DNA of 64,000 nt, from contig OY970192.1 of NCBI GenBank assembly GCA_963708135.1, forward strand, positions 3,584,001-3,648,000, read 5' to 3'. The position numbers were made by a program, and so were the translations under genes. Below are positions 63,101 through 64,000 of this stretch, one piece after another; within the stretch, counting starts at the first letter, position 1; every line of letters starts with the position of its first letter. The notes under the pieces are model-generated. The model did not search any database. It saw only the letters and a list, made by a program, of their open reading frames with translations, and was not told the origin of the DNA. This DNA is from an uncultured Gemmatimonadales bacterium. GTDB taxonomy: Bacteria; Gemmatimonadota; Gemmatimonadetes; Longimicrobiales; RSA9.

Positions 63101-64000
63101 AGCCGAGAGCTACCGCGGCCCAGGCAGAGACGGCGAGGGTCCATCCCCGCGCCTGCGGGGGAGCCCCGAACCAGTCGCGCAGCTGAGCCTCCTGCCGCGG
63201 TCCATCCCCGCGCCTGCGGGGGAGCCCAGCGTGCGGGTTCGCCGTCCTCCATCTCGACGGGTCCATCCCCGCGCCTGCGGGGGAGCCAGGCGCTGCCGGA
63301 TGGTCTTGTCGCTCGCCGCCGGTCCATCCCCGCGCCTGCGGGGGAGCCGATGTTGCGCACGTTGGCGCGGTCCATCGCGAGGGTCCATCCCCGCGCCTGC
63401 GGGGGAGCCACGTCCATGGGCGTCCTCTCCGCGAGCAAAACCGGTCCATCCCCGCGCCTGCGGGGGAGCCCTTCATAGGTCCTCCTCGGCTTCTCTCCAA
63501 CACGGTCCATCCCCGCGCCTGCGGGGGAGCCCGGTCGATGTAACCGTCGAAGTAGAGCTGCCAGGGTCCATCCCCGCGCCTGCGGGGGAGCCGAACGCGG
63601 CATTGACCTCGGTCGAGGACGGCGGGGTCCATCCCCGCGCCTGCGGGGGAGCCAGGCGCTTCTCCGCCCATGACTCCTCGTCATACGGTCCATCCCCGCG
63701 CCTGCGGGGGAGCCATTCGTCCACCACAGCTCCGTAGATGTGCGAGGGGTCCATCCCCGCGCCTGCGGGGGAGCCGTGCGCGAGTCAATCTCGATCCACT
63801 GGTCGAAAGGTCCATCCCCGCGCCTGCGGGGGAGCCGGGAGACGACCCTTGACACGGCGATCCGCCTAGGGTCCATCCCCGCGCCTGCGGGGGAGCCGCC
63901 CAGCCGCTCGTGTCGATCGTGCCGGCGGTGGGTCCATCCCCGCGCCTGCGGGGGAGCCTCTTGGGCGTCCATCCAGTTGCAACGTCGGAACGGTCCATCC
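60107..64000 (-). CRISPR. Type I-E-like CRISPR array; repeat (minus strand) GGCTCCCCCGCAGGCGCGGGGATGGACC; 63 full repeats, 2 partial repeats, 64 spacers of 33 nt; continues beyond window
   Basis: Repeats start at 60149+61k up to 63992; CCCCGC..GCGGGG hairpin; orientation inferred from similarity to the E. coli I-E repeat. Confidence 0.98.

Noticed and set aside
60091..63998. Many long ORFs across the array
   Set aside because: Translations of the 61-bp repeat (PPQARGW, GSPAGAGMD), not proteins
60013..64000. CRISPR-associated transposon
   Set aside because: Only one IS end, facing away from the array, and no transposase or cas genes in the window

Overview
Very GC-rich bacterial chromosome segment. 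The gene content suggests a Gemmatimonadota-like organism, but that is inference only. From 1 to 17 kb lies a cell-envelope cluster: an ABC transporter, PepSY, a two-component system, a YncE-like propeller, PAP2, TolC/MFP/RND, an M15-type peptidase and GT9. It is built around a tandemly duplicated lipoprotein / ECF sigma / anti-sigma unit. Five copies of a putative ECF promoter (GTCACAA-N13/14-GCGCTCST) are visible, and many genes here carry internal deletions or homopolymer frameshifts. From 17 to 60 kb is a mix of accessory and housekeeping genes, two lower-GC islands (one with an IS256 remnant, one bordered by an intact IS630), and a TonB receptor + membrane protein + TiaS-N-terminal-like (GIDDTD) operon, which is my best candidate for an uncharacterised system. 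From 60.1 to 64 kb is a type I-E-like CRISPR array with an exact 61-bp period and 64 spacers in the window. It is cut at its trailer end by an IS21-like terminus, contains a 7-spacer tandem duplication, and has two spacers taken from the same site of two alleles of one gene. No cas, rRNA or tRNA genes were recognised. All calls come from reading motifs by eye; no database searches were run.
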